A DNA stretch of 62,761 nt, filler included, from Perkinsus olseni (lineage: Eukaryota): the NCBI GenBank assembly GCA_013115125.1. It is 6 parts of 6 records of this genome, joined end to end, with 100 filler letters (N's around TTAATTAATTAA, not from the genome) between each part and the next. Parts side by side here need not be neighbours in the genome. Positions count along the whole stretch, not along the records: positions 41,933 to 52,301 come from JABANN010000883.1; positions 52,402 to 62,761 come from JABANN010000884.1; 4 more parts are not named here. The stretch is one strand, 5' to 3'. A model generated the notes under the pieces. It saw nothing but the letters and a program-made list of their open reading frames with translations, was not told the origin of the DNA and did not search any database. Below, piece after piece: positions 49,122 to 62,103 of this stretch (position 1 is the stretch's first letter; every line of letters begins with the position of its first letter). The translations under genes and the position numbers were made by a program.

Positions 49122-51780
49122 TTATGAAGGACGAGCGTTGATTGAACTCCCAAGGTTATCTCCATCGGTGTCCCAGCTGATTACTGACATCACGCAATAC
49201 ATCAATATCATCATGACAAGAATGAGGACAGTCCCATGAAACTGCAATACCACTAGTTGGCGATTGCTGGATGTGAATAAATGAATGCTGAAGAGTGTGA
49301 CTGGTTGATCCAGACATGATACAAGTCTATCTGTGAAGTCTGAATAATGGGCTTGTTGTTCTAGGTGGAGTGCTAGAATGGGCTTCCAAAGCCCATGAAT
49401 CAGGCTTCGGAAGGCTACTGCAAGGCTCACATTCTATAGACGATCCTTGGCATATGGGATGTGGAATAGAATGAGTGTTGCAATAAGCACCATTATCCCT
49501 TGGAGCGACTCTATCACAAAAGGCATCACCACAGGAATCATCATCATCATCATCATCGTTGCTGCTGCTGCCTTTGCTGCTTTTTGAAGTAGTGGTTTTA
49601 GGGATGACTACTGTCGAGGGCGATTTCGTCGTAGTGTCTACTCTTTCAAGGCCCTTTACAATAATCTCGAGTGCTCCATGTGCATTCAATATGCCACTTG
49701 AGACGCACTAGGTAGAAACAGAGAAAGGATCATCATCATCATTCTCCAGTCTGCTAGATCCTCCTCACTACCTTCATTTCTAGAGATGGATCGACATGCA
49801 CAGAATTAATTATTGCACTTTTAATATCCTCAGGAGTTGCATAGAAGTTGATTGATCTAATTAATGCAGCAACACCAGCAACCATTGGTGCTGCTTGAGA
49901 TGTTCCACTTTTCCATCCGTACCTGATAACAACAACAACAGCATCTTCGTCGTCGTTAATAGTAATCTAGTGATACTATCCTTGGTATTACTTCGAATTG
50001 GGTTTAGTTGAATAGATGGATCTCCCTGGTGCGGCGAGATGAACTGATGTCTTACCCCAATTGGACCAAGTAGTGTATTTACCAGCATCATCAGTAGCCC
50101 CAACACATATGATATTATCCAATTTGAATGAACACGGTATGGTTGGTACTAATGGGTTATCATTATTAGCAGCTTTATTACCAGCACTGGCTACATAAAC
50201 ATGTCTGATGATAATAATAATGAGAGGAGAGAAGGGTAATTATTAGGAGTATGGCAATGAGTTTAGTTGTTATTATTACCCATGAGCACTGCCCGCCTTC
50301 TGTATTGCCATTCTTATGGCAGTATGCTCACAGCCATGACATGTCCATGAATTCTGCGATATTGTTGCTCCCATTTGTATGGCATAATTAAGGGCTCGCA
50401 TGGCATCAGATACTCGACCAGATCCATTAGCATCCAGGAACCTGTCAACTACTATTTGTGATGATGATGATGATGATGATGATGATGTTGTTACTTCAAT
50501 GGCATGATAGCAATGTTCCAAGCAATACCGGTAACACCTATAGCATTAGATCCCTGTGCACCAATGATACCACTTATATGGGTACCATGGCCATTACTAA
50601 CAAGGCGTTGCAAGTGTTGGATAGTTGGACAGTAGCATTATTACTCATCCATAATATCATTATTGTTGTATATAAAGTTCCAACCGTAGACATCATCAAT
50701 GAATCCATTACCATCATTATCGATGTTGTCATCTATTGATTATACTATCACGTGCTTCTCGTTGTTGTTAAGTTACTACTACTACCAGGTATCTCATGTC
50801 TATTAATCCAAAGGTTGCCTAATAAGTCAGGATGTTCATAATCAATGCCGGAGTCAATAACAGCCACTATCACAGCTCCATCACCTAAAGGGATGGTAGA
50901 GAAGGGGGGCGCTAGAATTGTGGTGGTAGTATAATAATCATCATCACCTGTTGTTCTTCTCCAAGCCATATCAGTTCCTATAATATTATGATGCCATTGT
51001 TTTTGGTATTTTGGATCCAGCGGATGGATTGTGATATCATCCTTATCATTATTGTTCTTCTTGTTGTTCTTGTTGTTCTTCTTGTTGTTGTTGACGGTGC
51101 CGTTGAGTTGGTCTGAGTTGATCATAATGGAGGAACTTCAAATCACCAACGAGAGTAAGAACAAGAGTAAGAATAAGTGGTAGGGTATTATGCTACTTCC
51201 TACTAGTATGTAAAATCCCTTCCATTGCTGTTCCCTGTCCTTCTTCGTCATCATGCTCCTCATTAATATTCTCAGTATATTGTTGATCGATAAATGAATC
51301 CATAATACATGCCTCCAGTTTGTCATAATCATCATCATCATCATCATCGCCTTGGTTCATGCTGTTCAATAAGTCCTCCATCATATGCTAACAACATGTG
51401 GATTATTATGATGCTACTAATAATAATTGTAGAGTTATTCGGAGTATATTGGGAGTAATGATATTTATCTCACAAATAAATGGCATAATTGTGATGTAGT
51501 CTTGATCTTGCATTCCGGTCTTGCTTCAATAATCTCTGCATCAATATTTGATAATGGCTACAACAAGGCAACAACAACAACGAGTAGATGCAGCAGCAGT
51601 AGTAGGAGGAGGATAATGAGCTGCTCGACTTACTAGTATATCATCAACACATTCAACCAAATCTACTAATGCTTCACGGAGAGATATCTCCTCCTTCTCC
51701 TCATCATCATCAGCTGCTGCTAAGCCCCTACCTCCGGTATGATATTCATCTTCCAATAGTTCACCTATCCCAATAGTAGC
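49122..51780 (-). CDS. subtilisin-like (S8) serine protease, multi-exon; ends approximate
   Basis: VAVIDSGID, NGHGTH, QNSW, AGN, SGTSQAAPMVAG catalytic motifs in order. Confidence 0.9.
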
Positions 51781-52164
51781 TGAGGATATAGATGGTTATA
51801 CGTGATTGATGATGGATACTGTACTGGGTAGTAAGAGGTTGTGAGTACCACACCATTTCCAGACCTACTTAGTAGAACCCCAGAGCAATTTAGTCGGCAC
51901 GCGCGTGCCGCACGCAGGACGCATCCAGATCGTCCCTCCCCCAGGGCTGGGGACTCCAGCTATGAGTGGCAGGAGAGGCGATAGGACGAAGTCAGAGAAC
52001 CCTCCTGCCGTACTGTGAGTCTCACAGAGTGAGGTACTGCTCCGAGAAGGTAGTGCAGCGATTTCTATGCAACTTTGTATACGGTGTCAGTCGGAGCCTC
52101 AGTGTGAATGTTCAACGCTTGAACTTTGACGACGTTTAGGATATCGGGGGTTTTGAGCCCCGGG

Positions 52165-52301
52165 CTTACCTCATGTAGACACCCTCCTCATGTACCTTAC
52201 CTCATGTAGACACCCTCCTCATGTACCTTACCTCATGTAGACACCCTCCTCATGTACCTTACCTCATGTAGACACCCTCCTCATGTACCTTACCTCATGT
52301 A
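52165..52301. repeat. 31-bp tandem repeat, about 4.4 copies, running off the contig end
   Basis: Unit cttacctcatgtagacaccctcctcatgtac; copies identical. Confidence 0.95.
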
Positions 52302-52401
52302 NNNNNNNNNNNNNNNNNNNNNNNNNNNNNNNNNNNNNNNNNNNNTTAATTAATTAANNNNNNNNNNNNNNNNNNNNNNNNNNNNNNNNNNNNNNNNNNN
52401 N
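52302..52401. other. artificial contig linker
   Basis: N44-TTAATTAATTAA-N44. Confidence 0.99.
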
Positions 52402-53089
52402 ATCGACATACTATGACTATGTTGTAGTGAATCCGGATCGAGTAAGCTTGAGAAGATTTGGATGAATCTTACTCGGACCCTCAGGAATGTGCTCAATTCC
52501 TTTTGGATATTTCTGCACTTATCGTTATCTGCAATTAATGCGCAGGTCGCCCTGCCGTGCGTGCGTGCACGATGTTCTACGCCAATGACGGAACCGGATT
52601 AGTGAGACTCCCGCAGATGTGCTCATTTCCTCGGGAGCTTTCTGCACACATCGCTTCCACAGCGTATTCTGTCTCGAGTTCGCCGCCCTTTGCCGTTCGG
52701 CTTCCCGGTGCTCACTCGCACGCTCGCTCCAGGCTTCCTCAGCGAACTCGGTTGGCAGGTTCACGTGTATGTAAACAACTTCTTCTGCCCAATGGCCGAC
52801 CAAATTATGGGAGATCTTTGTCGAGAGTTCGGTCGTGTTGATAGAGATGACGATGGGCGAATCAAAGGAGGTGAGTTCGTTAATTGAGTTTCTGCGATCA
52901 TCCGATCATTTTTTCTCTCAGGGTCGCTGAAGCTGCACTATTCGGTTGGCCCCGCCTACGCTTAGCACCGCACAGGAAGCGCTTCATTTTTCCACGTTTT
53001 CATCATTGCATTTTCAGAATATCCACGTCGTTGTTGTTGCTTTCTCTTCTCCGCCGTCGTGCCCATCAGTTTCCTAGTTTGTTTTACGC

Positions 53090-55350
53090 ATGGCGACTAA
53101 GGAGGCTCGAGAAGACAAAGCTCTCAAACAAGCAGTCACGGTCGGACGCCAATCAGCCACTTCACCGGTCATTCTGGAACGCCTTTATTTCCTCCTCAGA
53201 TGCTCGTTTGTATGTATCGTGAATTCTTCTCGTCGGCAGACCCGACCAGTCCTAGTGACGGCGTCGATATGTTTCGAGCTACGGCACTTTGTTTTCTTCA
53301 CCTATACTCGTTATCCCAGCCCTACGCCATGCTTGTTTCCGAACAGCACAAAGTGAGACGGCGAGTACTTGAATGTTCTCATCATCATGGCCATGTTTCA
53401 GTCGACTATTCCGCTGACTTTGGCATGCATCTGGCTGGCATATAAAGTAACGGACTCGAGCGAGAAGTATTCTCTTCGTATGAGAGACCTTGTCCGTTCT
53501 CACAACAGGTTGGTCGTGGGGCCTCTCCAGGCGCTGTTTCCAGACGATAACAGTGGGACTTTGCTGCTCCTTTCAGGTGGGCCTCGGCAGTTCGACGAGT
53601 TCAAATGCGGCAGGAAACGGTAGGGGACGTATGCTCTTCGGAAAGCACAACGTTATTGTGTCGTACACACCTGTGGTTTGACGAGGAGATGCCTTCGAGT
53701 GTCCGGTCGAACTCATGGTCTACAAAATCCCTGCTTTATTAAGGAATGAAATTCTCTTTTTTCGAAGTGAAAGTGCCGTCAACTTTCGCCCAGGCTCGCT
53801 CATGTGGCTCCTCACGAACCCAGTTTCCGCCGGTCGGCTGAAGCTCTCCTTCGTTGAAGAGAGCGGCGTATCTTCAGGTTGGGCAAGTGGGCGGAGTTAC
53901 AGCAGTGAACCCTCCTGAGGAGGAGATAGTAGAGAAGATATGCATTATGGTGGATCAGCGATCCCGATGATATCCTCCATTCCTTGTCGTGTTCAGGAAG
54001 GAGTTCTACTAAGAATTTCCAAGTGCGAGTTCGATCGAGATCTGGATTTGCCCGGCCGCACGCTCAAGGTTATTCTAACATCGGTGAGTTCCCGTGTAGT
54101 TGATCCGCATTTCGTGATGGCTCAGTGTGACTGCTGCGTCCCGAATGGAAGTGTGTCTCTGTTAGAGTCCCGAAACTGAGAATCAGGTCCTACCTCCCGG
54201 CATTTCATCCGAAGTGCGTTCGTCACTAGTCGCCAAATGCTACCAGCTTGTCAATTCGGCCTACTTGTCGCCCAAGATCGTTACCGAAAGGAGTGGTATA
54301 CTAATGCGTCATTTAATTTTTCCAGCCACTCCATCTCAGGGGAGCTCGTAGCGGTCGCATGCACTTTGCTGTCCCTTCGGTTGCACGGCGTGCTTCCTGT
54401 ACAACAGAGCGATGTTGTTGGAGGAATGGTAAGGGCGCCAAGGGCGACACGGCTCGCGCTATTCTGATAAAAGAACTGTCACATGGTTCCTCGTTTCCAC
54501 GACATCAGTACTTTCGCTGTATCGCGTATCTCTCCGTTCATATTGGACTGTGGAAATCGATTATGATTCGTCTTCAAGGCAATTCTCTCGTCTCAGTATT
54601 CAACTTGGTATGAGCCATTCCTTGCTAAGCCTTGCCGGGCGGAAGAGGTGGAAGAGGTCGCCCGCGAGGTCGTCCTGGCGTAGGTCGAGCATGCGTGTTA
54701 TCGCCTCGGAGCTGCTGTTGCTCAGATACACGTTAAATGAGAAGACGCTTGAAGTAACTTCTGCTACTGTGACCAGTCCACCACCTTCGCCTGCATTGAT
54801 GAGCCAATCAACCTCGTCGGGGGTGTCTGATGTTCACAAAGTTTAGTGACCACTCGTTCGGCCCTTGTGTTTCCCAGCGGTGCGGCCCGCTAGAGGCCGT
54901 AACTCCTTCGCAATGAGAGGCTATTGGGTGGGCCTTTTAATGGTCTGCAGCATGAAACCCTCCCTGATAGATCTATGGCCACCTGTTAAATCAAGTAGAA
55001 CTGTTTGTTTCTTCGTGTACCAGTATCGAGGGATGAATTCATGAAGTATCCAGACTGGCTTTTAGGAGTCTTTAGCCGCTCGATTGGTCCTCGCCAAGCT
55101 TTTTCTACTCCGAAACTCGAGGTCTGGTCGCTCATAGTTGTAAGTGTCCACTGTGATGCTGACGTCCCCACAATGGCAGAGGACCCTCACGGCTGCGGGT
55201 CGCCATCGAGTGCCGCCGAGTAGGACCCCTAAGCGATGGCTTTTCTCGAGAAGTCGGCCGAATCAAGCGACCGCTTCGGCCTGGGTCGACGGCTTCTTTT
55301 CTAACGGGATGGAGAGCAGTAGGGGACGAGCCCGTCGCCCTCCTCTGTGA
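53090..55350 (+). CDS. divergent transcription-type cyclin (K/L/T-like), multi-exon; 3' end uncertain
   Basis: RATALCFLHLY, LACIWLAYKV..RMRDLV, EGVLL..EFD, VAVACTLLSL resemble cyclin-box helices. Confidence 0.6.
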
Positions 55351-57133
55351 CATCTTATGAACTCATCAGTTGCCAACAGTTCTCCGTTGTGGGTGATGAA
55401 GATTGTGTCTGAGGTGCTTTTCTGGCCTACCTTCGCCTGGAATTACGTAAGAAGCCTCGATTAGGTTGCCCTGGTTCAATTCGTAATTCCGTTCTTGCAC
55501 CGATCTTCCTGAGTTTCCTCCTATCCACCCGGAGATGCGGCTGCAGATTTCGGTGAAGTGTGCTGTCCGAGTAGCGCCGTGAGCGGCAACCAGTGCTTCG
55601 CCATCGTATGCCGGTATAAGGAAGCATGACCCCCTTTCAGTTGCTCTACATCCGATCGAACGATGGCTGGTATTCGATCATTGCGGAGCTTCCAACGGGG
55701 GGCAAGCTCCTCCTAGGGCCTGCTCCTGTCTTCGCGGTGAGTTCCTATTCTCCTTTACGATCACTCGGATTCCGCTGCCGGTGTATGAACCAGAGAAGGA
55801 CTTGTGGTTTTTTTTTCGTTTTGAGTTCAAGAAAGACGTCACTGTAAGGTGATTCTCGTATCGTCGCTTGTCTATGATTGGCGTGATTACCGCCATTCGA
55901 GGGTTTACTTTTCCCCAGAGTAACTTCTTTTAGCCGCGTTGCCGGTACCGATCATTTACTCTTCCCTTCGTCAGTCTATGCGAGAGATACTAGTAGAGCA
56001 AGCCGGCGTGTCCGTATTCGTGAGTACACTGGATCGGGACTTTGCCGGCCCCTCGGTGGAGTCCCGATCATTCCCCATGACGGACTTCGTGTCTCCTGAC
56101 CTGCCCACTGTGGAGGCCGCTGTCGAGTAAGCTGTTATTATGTTCTCATTTGCAACGCGTTTTTGATCCGTTACCAGTCGGTGTGGTCCTTCGTGTAACG
56201 CTGTTTTCTCCCTAGTTACATCGATGAGCAGCTCGAAGCTGGCAAGAGCGTTTACGTACACTGCAAAGCGGGGAAGGGCAGGTGAGCTCCTCATTGCCGT
56301 TGATATCACCGTGAAAGGAAATCTCTCAGGTCGGGCACCATCGTCATGTGCTGGTTGATGAAGTACTTCCGCATGACACCCGAGGGTGCCCAAGCTTACT
56401 TGGCGAAAGCAAGGCCGCAAATTCTCAAAGTAGATCGACTTCCGTTTCTTCGCGATGAAATTTGTGCCCATGGGGGCCGCTGTCTCCTTTCATGCTCCCA
56501 TTAAGCCCCCGATACTTGAGGGGGGTTTTGAAACCTCGTGAGCACTTTCGAATACGCATGAGTCAGTGCTGCGTGAGAGCGAACCCGAAGTCAGCCGACT
56601 CTCGATTTACGCAGGGCCAGCCACTTCCGAGTGCGCGTTGAACGGTCATATATTTCGTCACGCGCCACCTAATTCAATGAGATTCGACTCTCTAGTTCAT
56701 GAGGATGCTGGCCATAGTCCCCAAAAATTTTGTCTTAATACTTTCACACGGCCCTGACTTGCGCGTATCCAAAAGTGCGCGCTGGGTTTTGAAACAGCCT
56801 TTACTACGCAGCAGAGGTGTGTCGGAGCGCTTCAGTGTTGCCCTCTTGACCAGGTACTCTACAAACGAGAAGTGGTGCGAGAATATTACGAGAAGCACGT
56901 AGCTTGTTCAGATAATATATAGTCTTTCCATAGGGACTGTGGTGTTCAACAACTTCAATTGAAAATGCGCATTCGTGTATCACTTCGCTCCGCTAGTTGC
57001 AATCGCGCGCGCCCTGATAAGAGATTACCGGCTCGCGAAGCAAATGGAATGTCGTTTCGTGTTAGTGTTACGAGTGGCCCTTTTCGCAGGTGGCCCGTTC
57101 GCCTTCTTCTTCTTCTTCCTTTCCCTTTGAAAG

Positions 57134-57997
57134 ATGCCGGCCGTCGGAAGGAACACTAAGATGCAGCAGTGGCTCAACTACCGAGTTAGAGTCACTCTAC
57201 ACGATGGCAGGATAATGGTAGTGGGACTTATGTTATGGTTGGAATAATAAAAAAGTTTCATATCATCAGATTGGGCAATTCATGGCGTTTGATAAGCACA
57301 TGAACTTGGTGTTGGCGGACACAGAGGAGTTTCGAAAAGTAACATCACTAGCATTGCCGCTCCGACCAGTGTTGCTGAACCCCCCAGGTGCGATCGAAGG
57401 GGGAAGCCGGCCTTGGTGAGGAGAGAGAAGTTAAGAGGATGCTCGGTTTATTGGTATTAGCATTGGGCGTCGTATGGGAGGGTGGTATCTTTATTACAAC
57501 AGATTCTTCGCGGTGAGAACATCATCTCGATGACTGCTGAGGCCCCTCCGCCTAATGTGAAGAAGAGCGAGGGCCCTATGGTAGTGAACCGTGTGGAGCG
57601 AACTGGAAGCGCAACGGTTGGTATCTCAGGCTGGCCCTGGCCGTGGACAGGCAGCAGGTCGCGGTGTTCCTATTGCACCCTTGGGTCATGCTCCTCGAGG
57701 ACTCACTGGACCGGTACCACTCCTTTCGCAACTCTCGTGTAAGTTTCCTTCTGTCAGATACGTGGTGTTGGCGGTCCTGCCCCGGCTCAGATGGCCCCTG
57801 GTGCTCCTCCGGGTAGTATACGGGCTTCGGAAGTTAACGTTATGGAGGTATCTTTATGTCAGGCATGCCTCCGATGCCCGGCTTCCCAGGGATGCCCCCG
57901 CCCCCTCCCGGAATGATGCCAGGCATGCCAGGAGTAATAAGATACGCCTCGCCTTTGCATTGGCCACTCGTGCTGTCTCGTTCAGCAACAACACTGA
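57134..57997 (+). CDS. SmB: small nuclear ribonucleoprotein SmB, multi-exon
   Basis: Spliced KMQQWLNYRVRVTLHDGR.MIGQFMAFDKHMNLVLADTEEFRK..LRGENIISMT plus PGM/PPP tail. Confidence 0.93.
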
Positions 57998-58155
57998 GTC
58001 GTAACGTCTGTCGCTATGAGGGAAGAGAAGCAACTATTAGCTGGATAATAGTAGTAGAACACACTCGAAGGAGTCTCATAAGACGGTCTGTAGTGTTATA
58101 GTGGTGAATGTTGCCGGGGTGATAGTAATCGTTGTCATCGTCTCCATTGCTCCCG

Positions 58156-60362
58156 ATGTTCGGCGGTGGTGACCTCGGTGGCTTCGGCGGTTATGGAGGC
58201 TTCGGAGGTGAGGCTGGTCATCAGGGTTCCTCACCACACGCGTCAGCACCCGTCGTTATCGTGAGGGGCCGAAGGTGAAATTTACGGTACTTTCGGAATC
58301 GCCCATCCGTTTTTATTGTAAGATGTGATCTTGCCAATCGTTAATTAGCGTTATCGTCCCCGCTTGTTAAAGGAAACTCCTCAGAGTCAACAGCGTGTTA
58401 TGGCGGGGAGCATCTTTGAGGTCGGGCCTGAGCCACGCCCGGGGTAGATCGCTCGGAGAGCCTATTAATTTACAGTGAGAAGGTCGGTAGAAGAGGTCTT
58501 GGGTAGAATCGGAGCACTCGTTTACAGAACTTTCAACTCGTTGGGGTGCCATTCAACCCCTGTGCTGGACACAGCTAATACGTCGGCTCTTCATAACGGG
58601 ACGAAGGCATTAAGAGGAGTGGGCGTAGCGCGCAGGGCTGACTATGACTGGAGATTAATGATATCTGACTGCTAGTCTTCTCTATTACTAAGCACACTCG
58701 CCGAGGCCGTCCTTCGTGGTGCATCTTCGGTCACCGGTCTCTCACGCTGCAGGTTTCGGTGGAACCCAGGGTGGTGGAGGCTTCGGTGGAGGTGGTATGA
58801 CGCAGGGCATGGCAGGAGGAGGAGGTGGCTTCTATAACAGTCCCAACAGACGTACTACTACGAGAGATACGGATTTTATGGTATGTATCTTTCATAGAGT
58901 CCGTTGGGGGCTTCGGGAGTGCGCCGATATCCCCGGGTACTGGTCGCGGGAAGACAGATTTCTCGGCCAGGGAGTCCATGGGCCTTATCCCAGTCACAGC
59001 AGCCATGATTAATAACGCTATGAATGAGATGGAGGTTGGGGATATCAATTTCAAGTAGTAACCGGAACGCTCGGTTTCTGACACCTCTAGCTACGATTTG
59101 TGCAGGTTCCACGGCAAGGAAGCTTCCATGGTTGAGATTGTCGGAGCGGTGATAGACATACAGAGACGAACTGATAGGTAGCCCCTCGTCCATCAACCTT
59201 CGTCGTGGCAGTCCGACTCCTTAGTGGTATCGAGTACACCATTGACGATGGTACTGGCTGCGTGCAGGCCAAGCGGTTTGTGGATAGCAGTCTATCGGCG
59301 ATGACGGGTGATGGTGGAGAGCTGCTCCGGTGTGGTGCATTCGTCTTAGTGATCAGGTGCCCCACCGACCGATGATATCCAAGTCGGGCAATATGTGTCA
59401 GTGGTGGGTCGACTGAGACGCTTGAACGTGGAGAGCAACATCAATGCTCATCACATAGAGGTCCTCTCAACGTAGTGTGGGGGGAGGCTGAGCATCCATG
59501 TGCTCGCGTGGATAGAGTCTACTGGCGTATTCTGCCGTAGGACCCGGTTTGTTAGTGAAGGGCGCTCGTTCCTTGAGGGCGACTGCGTCCTACTGAAGCG
59601 CCTTAGGTATTTCAATATTAGCATATCGATTACCCTGCTATTGATGCTACTGATATGAGAGGGTGTGAGGAATCGGTCGCAACCAACAGTCCGCGATTCT
59701 GCCAATTTCCTGGTTGCTTTCGGAAATTCCCCTCCTGAATACCTAGTGACGTCGTGATGGTAGAGCTTGCCACAGGCCGGATCGTATCGCCTACCACATG
59801 ATCGCCGTGGCCCACGCTATGGTGATGCTCACGGACGAGATACCAAAGATGAAGGCGGCCCTGCAGGGTTCAGGGAATCCCCAGCCTCCGCAGACTAATC
59901 AGGCTATGAAGACGCCACAACAACAGAGTAATGGTCGCTGTTCTTCCAGCGTCCTGCATCGCTCCGCTCAGATTTCGGACAGACGAGTACTTACCAGACC
60001 CAAGCCAGCCGTCCGCTGATGCAGAGGATGAGTAAGCTTGAGAGTGGCCCTTCGTATTGAGTCGCTGCAATTGGCCATATCAAGGTTCGGCTGGCGGTAA
60101 TGCGGTCCTCGCCAGAGCTCGGCAGCTGCTCTTGCCTGAGCTGCGTGCGGCCTTTGGCGGGATGAACGCAGCGTTCTCTCGACAGCAGGTTCTTATGAGG
60201 TTCAGCACTCGGTTCCACCATGATGAGGTAGGGAGTATCTAAGGTCGAAGCAAGGTCAGTATAAGTGCATGCCAGATTAATCAACTTCTGCAAGCTTTGA
60301 CGGATGATGGGCAGCTTTACACGACTGATGATGACGATCATTTCAAGATGTCCGGTGCCTGA
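58156..60362 (+). CDS. RPA2: replication protein A 32-kDa subunit, multi-exon
   Basis: Gly/Phe-rich N-terminus, LIPVT, YTIDDGTG, GQYVSVVGRL, C-terminal DGQLYTTDDDDHFK. Confidence 0.88.
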
Positions 60363-60951
60363 TAATTAGCCTCTACGACTTTCCCTTGTCTGCAGCTATC
60401 TTGCTACACTTGTTCTCTCTCGTTTTCTCAACGTCGTCTTGCGTTCGTCAGTAGAATCGAGGTGCCCCTACGTCGCATCACTGCCTCTCTTCGAACCACC
60501 CTTCCCTGACCAATTCTCCTTCTGCTGTCATCGTCGACTGAAGACGCGCGTCTTTACTAGTGGTGAACTCATCTCTGGAAACGAAGGCGTGAACAGCCTC
60601 AAACGGTCATCGTATCCGTGACGTTACACTGGGGACCACGGCACAATTTTTGGAGCAACACACAAGCTGTCCCATGCGGGGACAACCTTTGGCGAGCCGC
60701 GACGTGCTGCCCGGACAACGTTCTGACTCTGGACATTAATAGAGGGTGGTAGCGCTCACTCGAGTCCATAATACTCGGGAGGTTGAAAGAAACTACGACT
60801 TTGATTGGCGCCAATGAACGATGCTTGGTGTGAACACAATGCGTCACAAGGGTGTCCCCTTAGCGGCTGTGGCTAGTGCTGTGCATCGATACCAATACCA
60901 ACTTATCACTTTACAATTGATTTTAAATTTGTCTATCAAATCTTCCCACAT

Positions 60952-62103
60952 ATGTCGTCTTGCAAGGAATTGATTTTGAAGTTGCACACTACTGAGGAAA
61001 CTCTTCGAGTGCGTGTACAGGCTGAAAGCTGTAAGGATATGGCTCAGATCAAGGGTTACATCGAGCAGGCCTGGCCTGAACTGAAGGACAAGGAGTATCG
61101 TATCTACTACGTGGATGACGCCGACGAGATGTGCTTATTGAACGACCTCTCGGTTGCTGATGCTGTGTCTTTGCCTGGTAAGATGCTCAAGTCGAACGAC
61201 GAGAGCGCAGTACCAGTCCTTGACCTCTTCATCAAAAGAGATACTGATAGGAGTGTTGCTGCTGTGCAGCGTGCTGATGATGCTTCTGCGAGAAATCTCG
61301 CTCGGTGGTTGACCGACTTCGACTACATGAACACCTTCGATGATGCTTGGCAGTTGGTCGACAGTATGCTCGCCACTGGCCAGGACTTGGACAGTGTTGC
61401 AAGACATCTCGAGAACAGGCAGAATGAGAAGAAGTCTGTTATTGCTGCTGCTGTTCCTAAGGCTCAGAGGCCTGCCAGAGGAGAGAAGCGGACTGCTAGT
61501 GAGATGGAGAAGGAGAACGACGCTAGTGCCATTCAGCCTCACGTCCAGACCAGCGGTAAAGTCTCGGCTACCAGTCGTAAAGATGGCCATGAGTATCATA
61601 TTGAGCGGAATGTGAAGTCGGAGAAGGAGGCTGTGGATACCATGGTAGATATGCTTACAGAAATGGGTTTCGTCGAGAGCAAGGACAAGGCTAAGGAGCT
61701 TGTGAATGGTCTGGTTGGTTCTGGCAAGGACCTTCAGCGTGTTGCTGATCATATCATGTCTCGGGCCTTAGAGCAAGAGCAAGACTCCTCTCGCGCTTGG
61801 AAGGATATCGCCGATGAGATGAAGATGGTTGATGATGATGAGACTGCCCGAGACTTTGCAGATATGCTCGACGACTTTGGCTTTGTTGAGAGCCACGATG
61901 CGGCCCGCGAATTGGTTGGGTCGCTGATGGCCACTCAGCAGAATCTGAGCCGTGTAGCTGACCACTTCATGCGTCATGCTCGCACAAACTCTCTGAAGGG
62001 AGCCAAGAAGGTTGCCGATGCTCAGAAGAAGGCTGTTGGTGACGCCGCTGGAAAGAAGAAGACCGATGGTCAAGGCCAGCAGCAAGAGCAAAAGACTGCG
62101 TGA
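60952..62103 (+). CDS. PB1-domain protein with three UBA-like helical repeats
   Basis: LILKLH..IYYVDDADEMCLLND; repeats LTDFDY, LTEMGF and LDDFGF each ending L..VA.H. Confidence 0.8.
   Translation: MSSCKELILKLHTTEETLRVRVQAESCKDMAQIKGYIEQAWPELKDKEYRIYYVDDADEMCLLNDLSVADAVSLPGKMLKSNDESAVPVLDLFIKRDTDRSVAAVQRADDASARNLARWLTDFDYMNTFDDAWQLVDSMLATGQDLDSVARHLENRQNEKKSVIAAAVPKAQRPARGEKRTASEMEKENDASAIQPHVQTSGKVSATSRKDGHEYHIERNVKSEKEAVDTMVDMLTEMGFVESKDKAKELVNGLVGSGKDLQRVADHIMSRALEQEQDSSRAWKDIADEMKMVDDDETARDFADMLDDFGFVESHDAARELVGSLMATQQNLSRVADHFMRHARTNSLKGAKKVADAQKKAVGDAAGKKKTDGQGQQQEQKTA

Noticed and set aside
10396-52401. Repeated TTAATTAATTAA between N runs, and apparent neighbourhoods across them (e.g. 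Cu-ATPase with the Cys-rich protein)
   Set aside because: Assembly linker; contigs are simply ordered by decreasing length
55420-56900. Possible minus-strand multi-exon gene; also partial ORFs at 52402-52965 and 62357-62761
   Set aside because: Splice-like signals are present but I could not build a consistent model or assign a product
58208-58752. Long RPA2 intron as a snoRNA host
   Set aside because: No complete C/D or H/ACA box arrangement identified
60541-60660. U5/U4-like snRNA (GTCTTTACTAG plus AATTTTTGG)
   Set aside because: Loop does not match the invariant GCCUUUUAC and the supporting stems are missing
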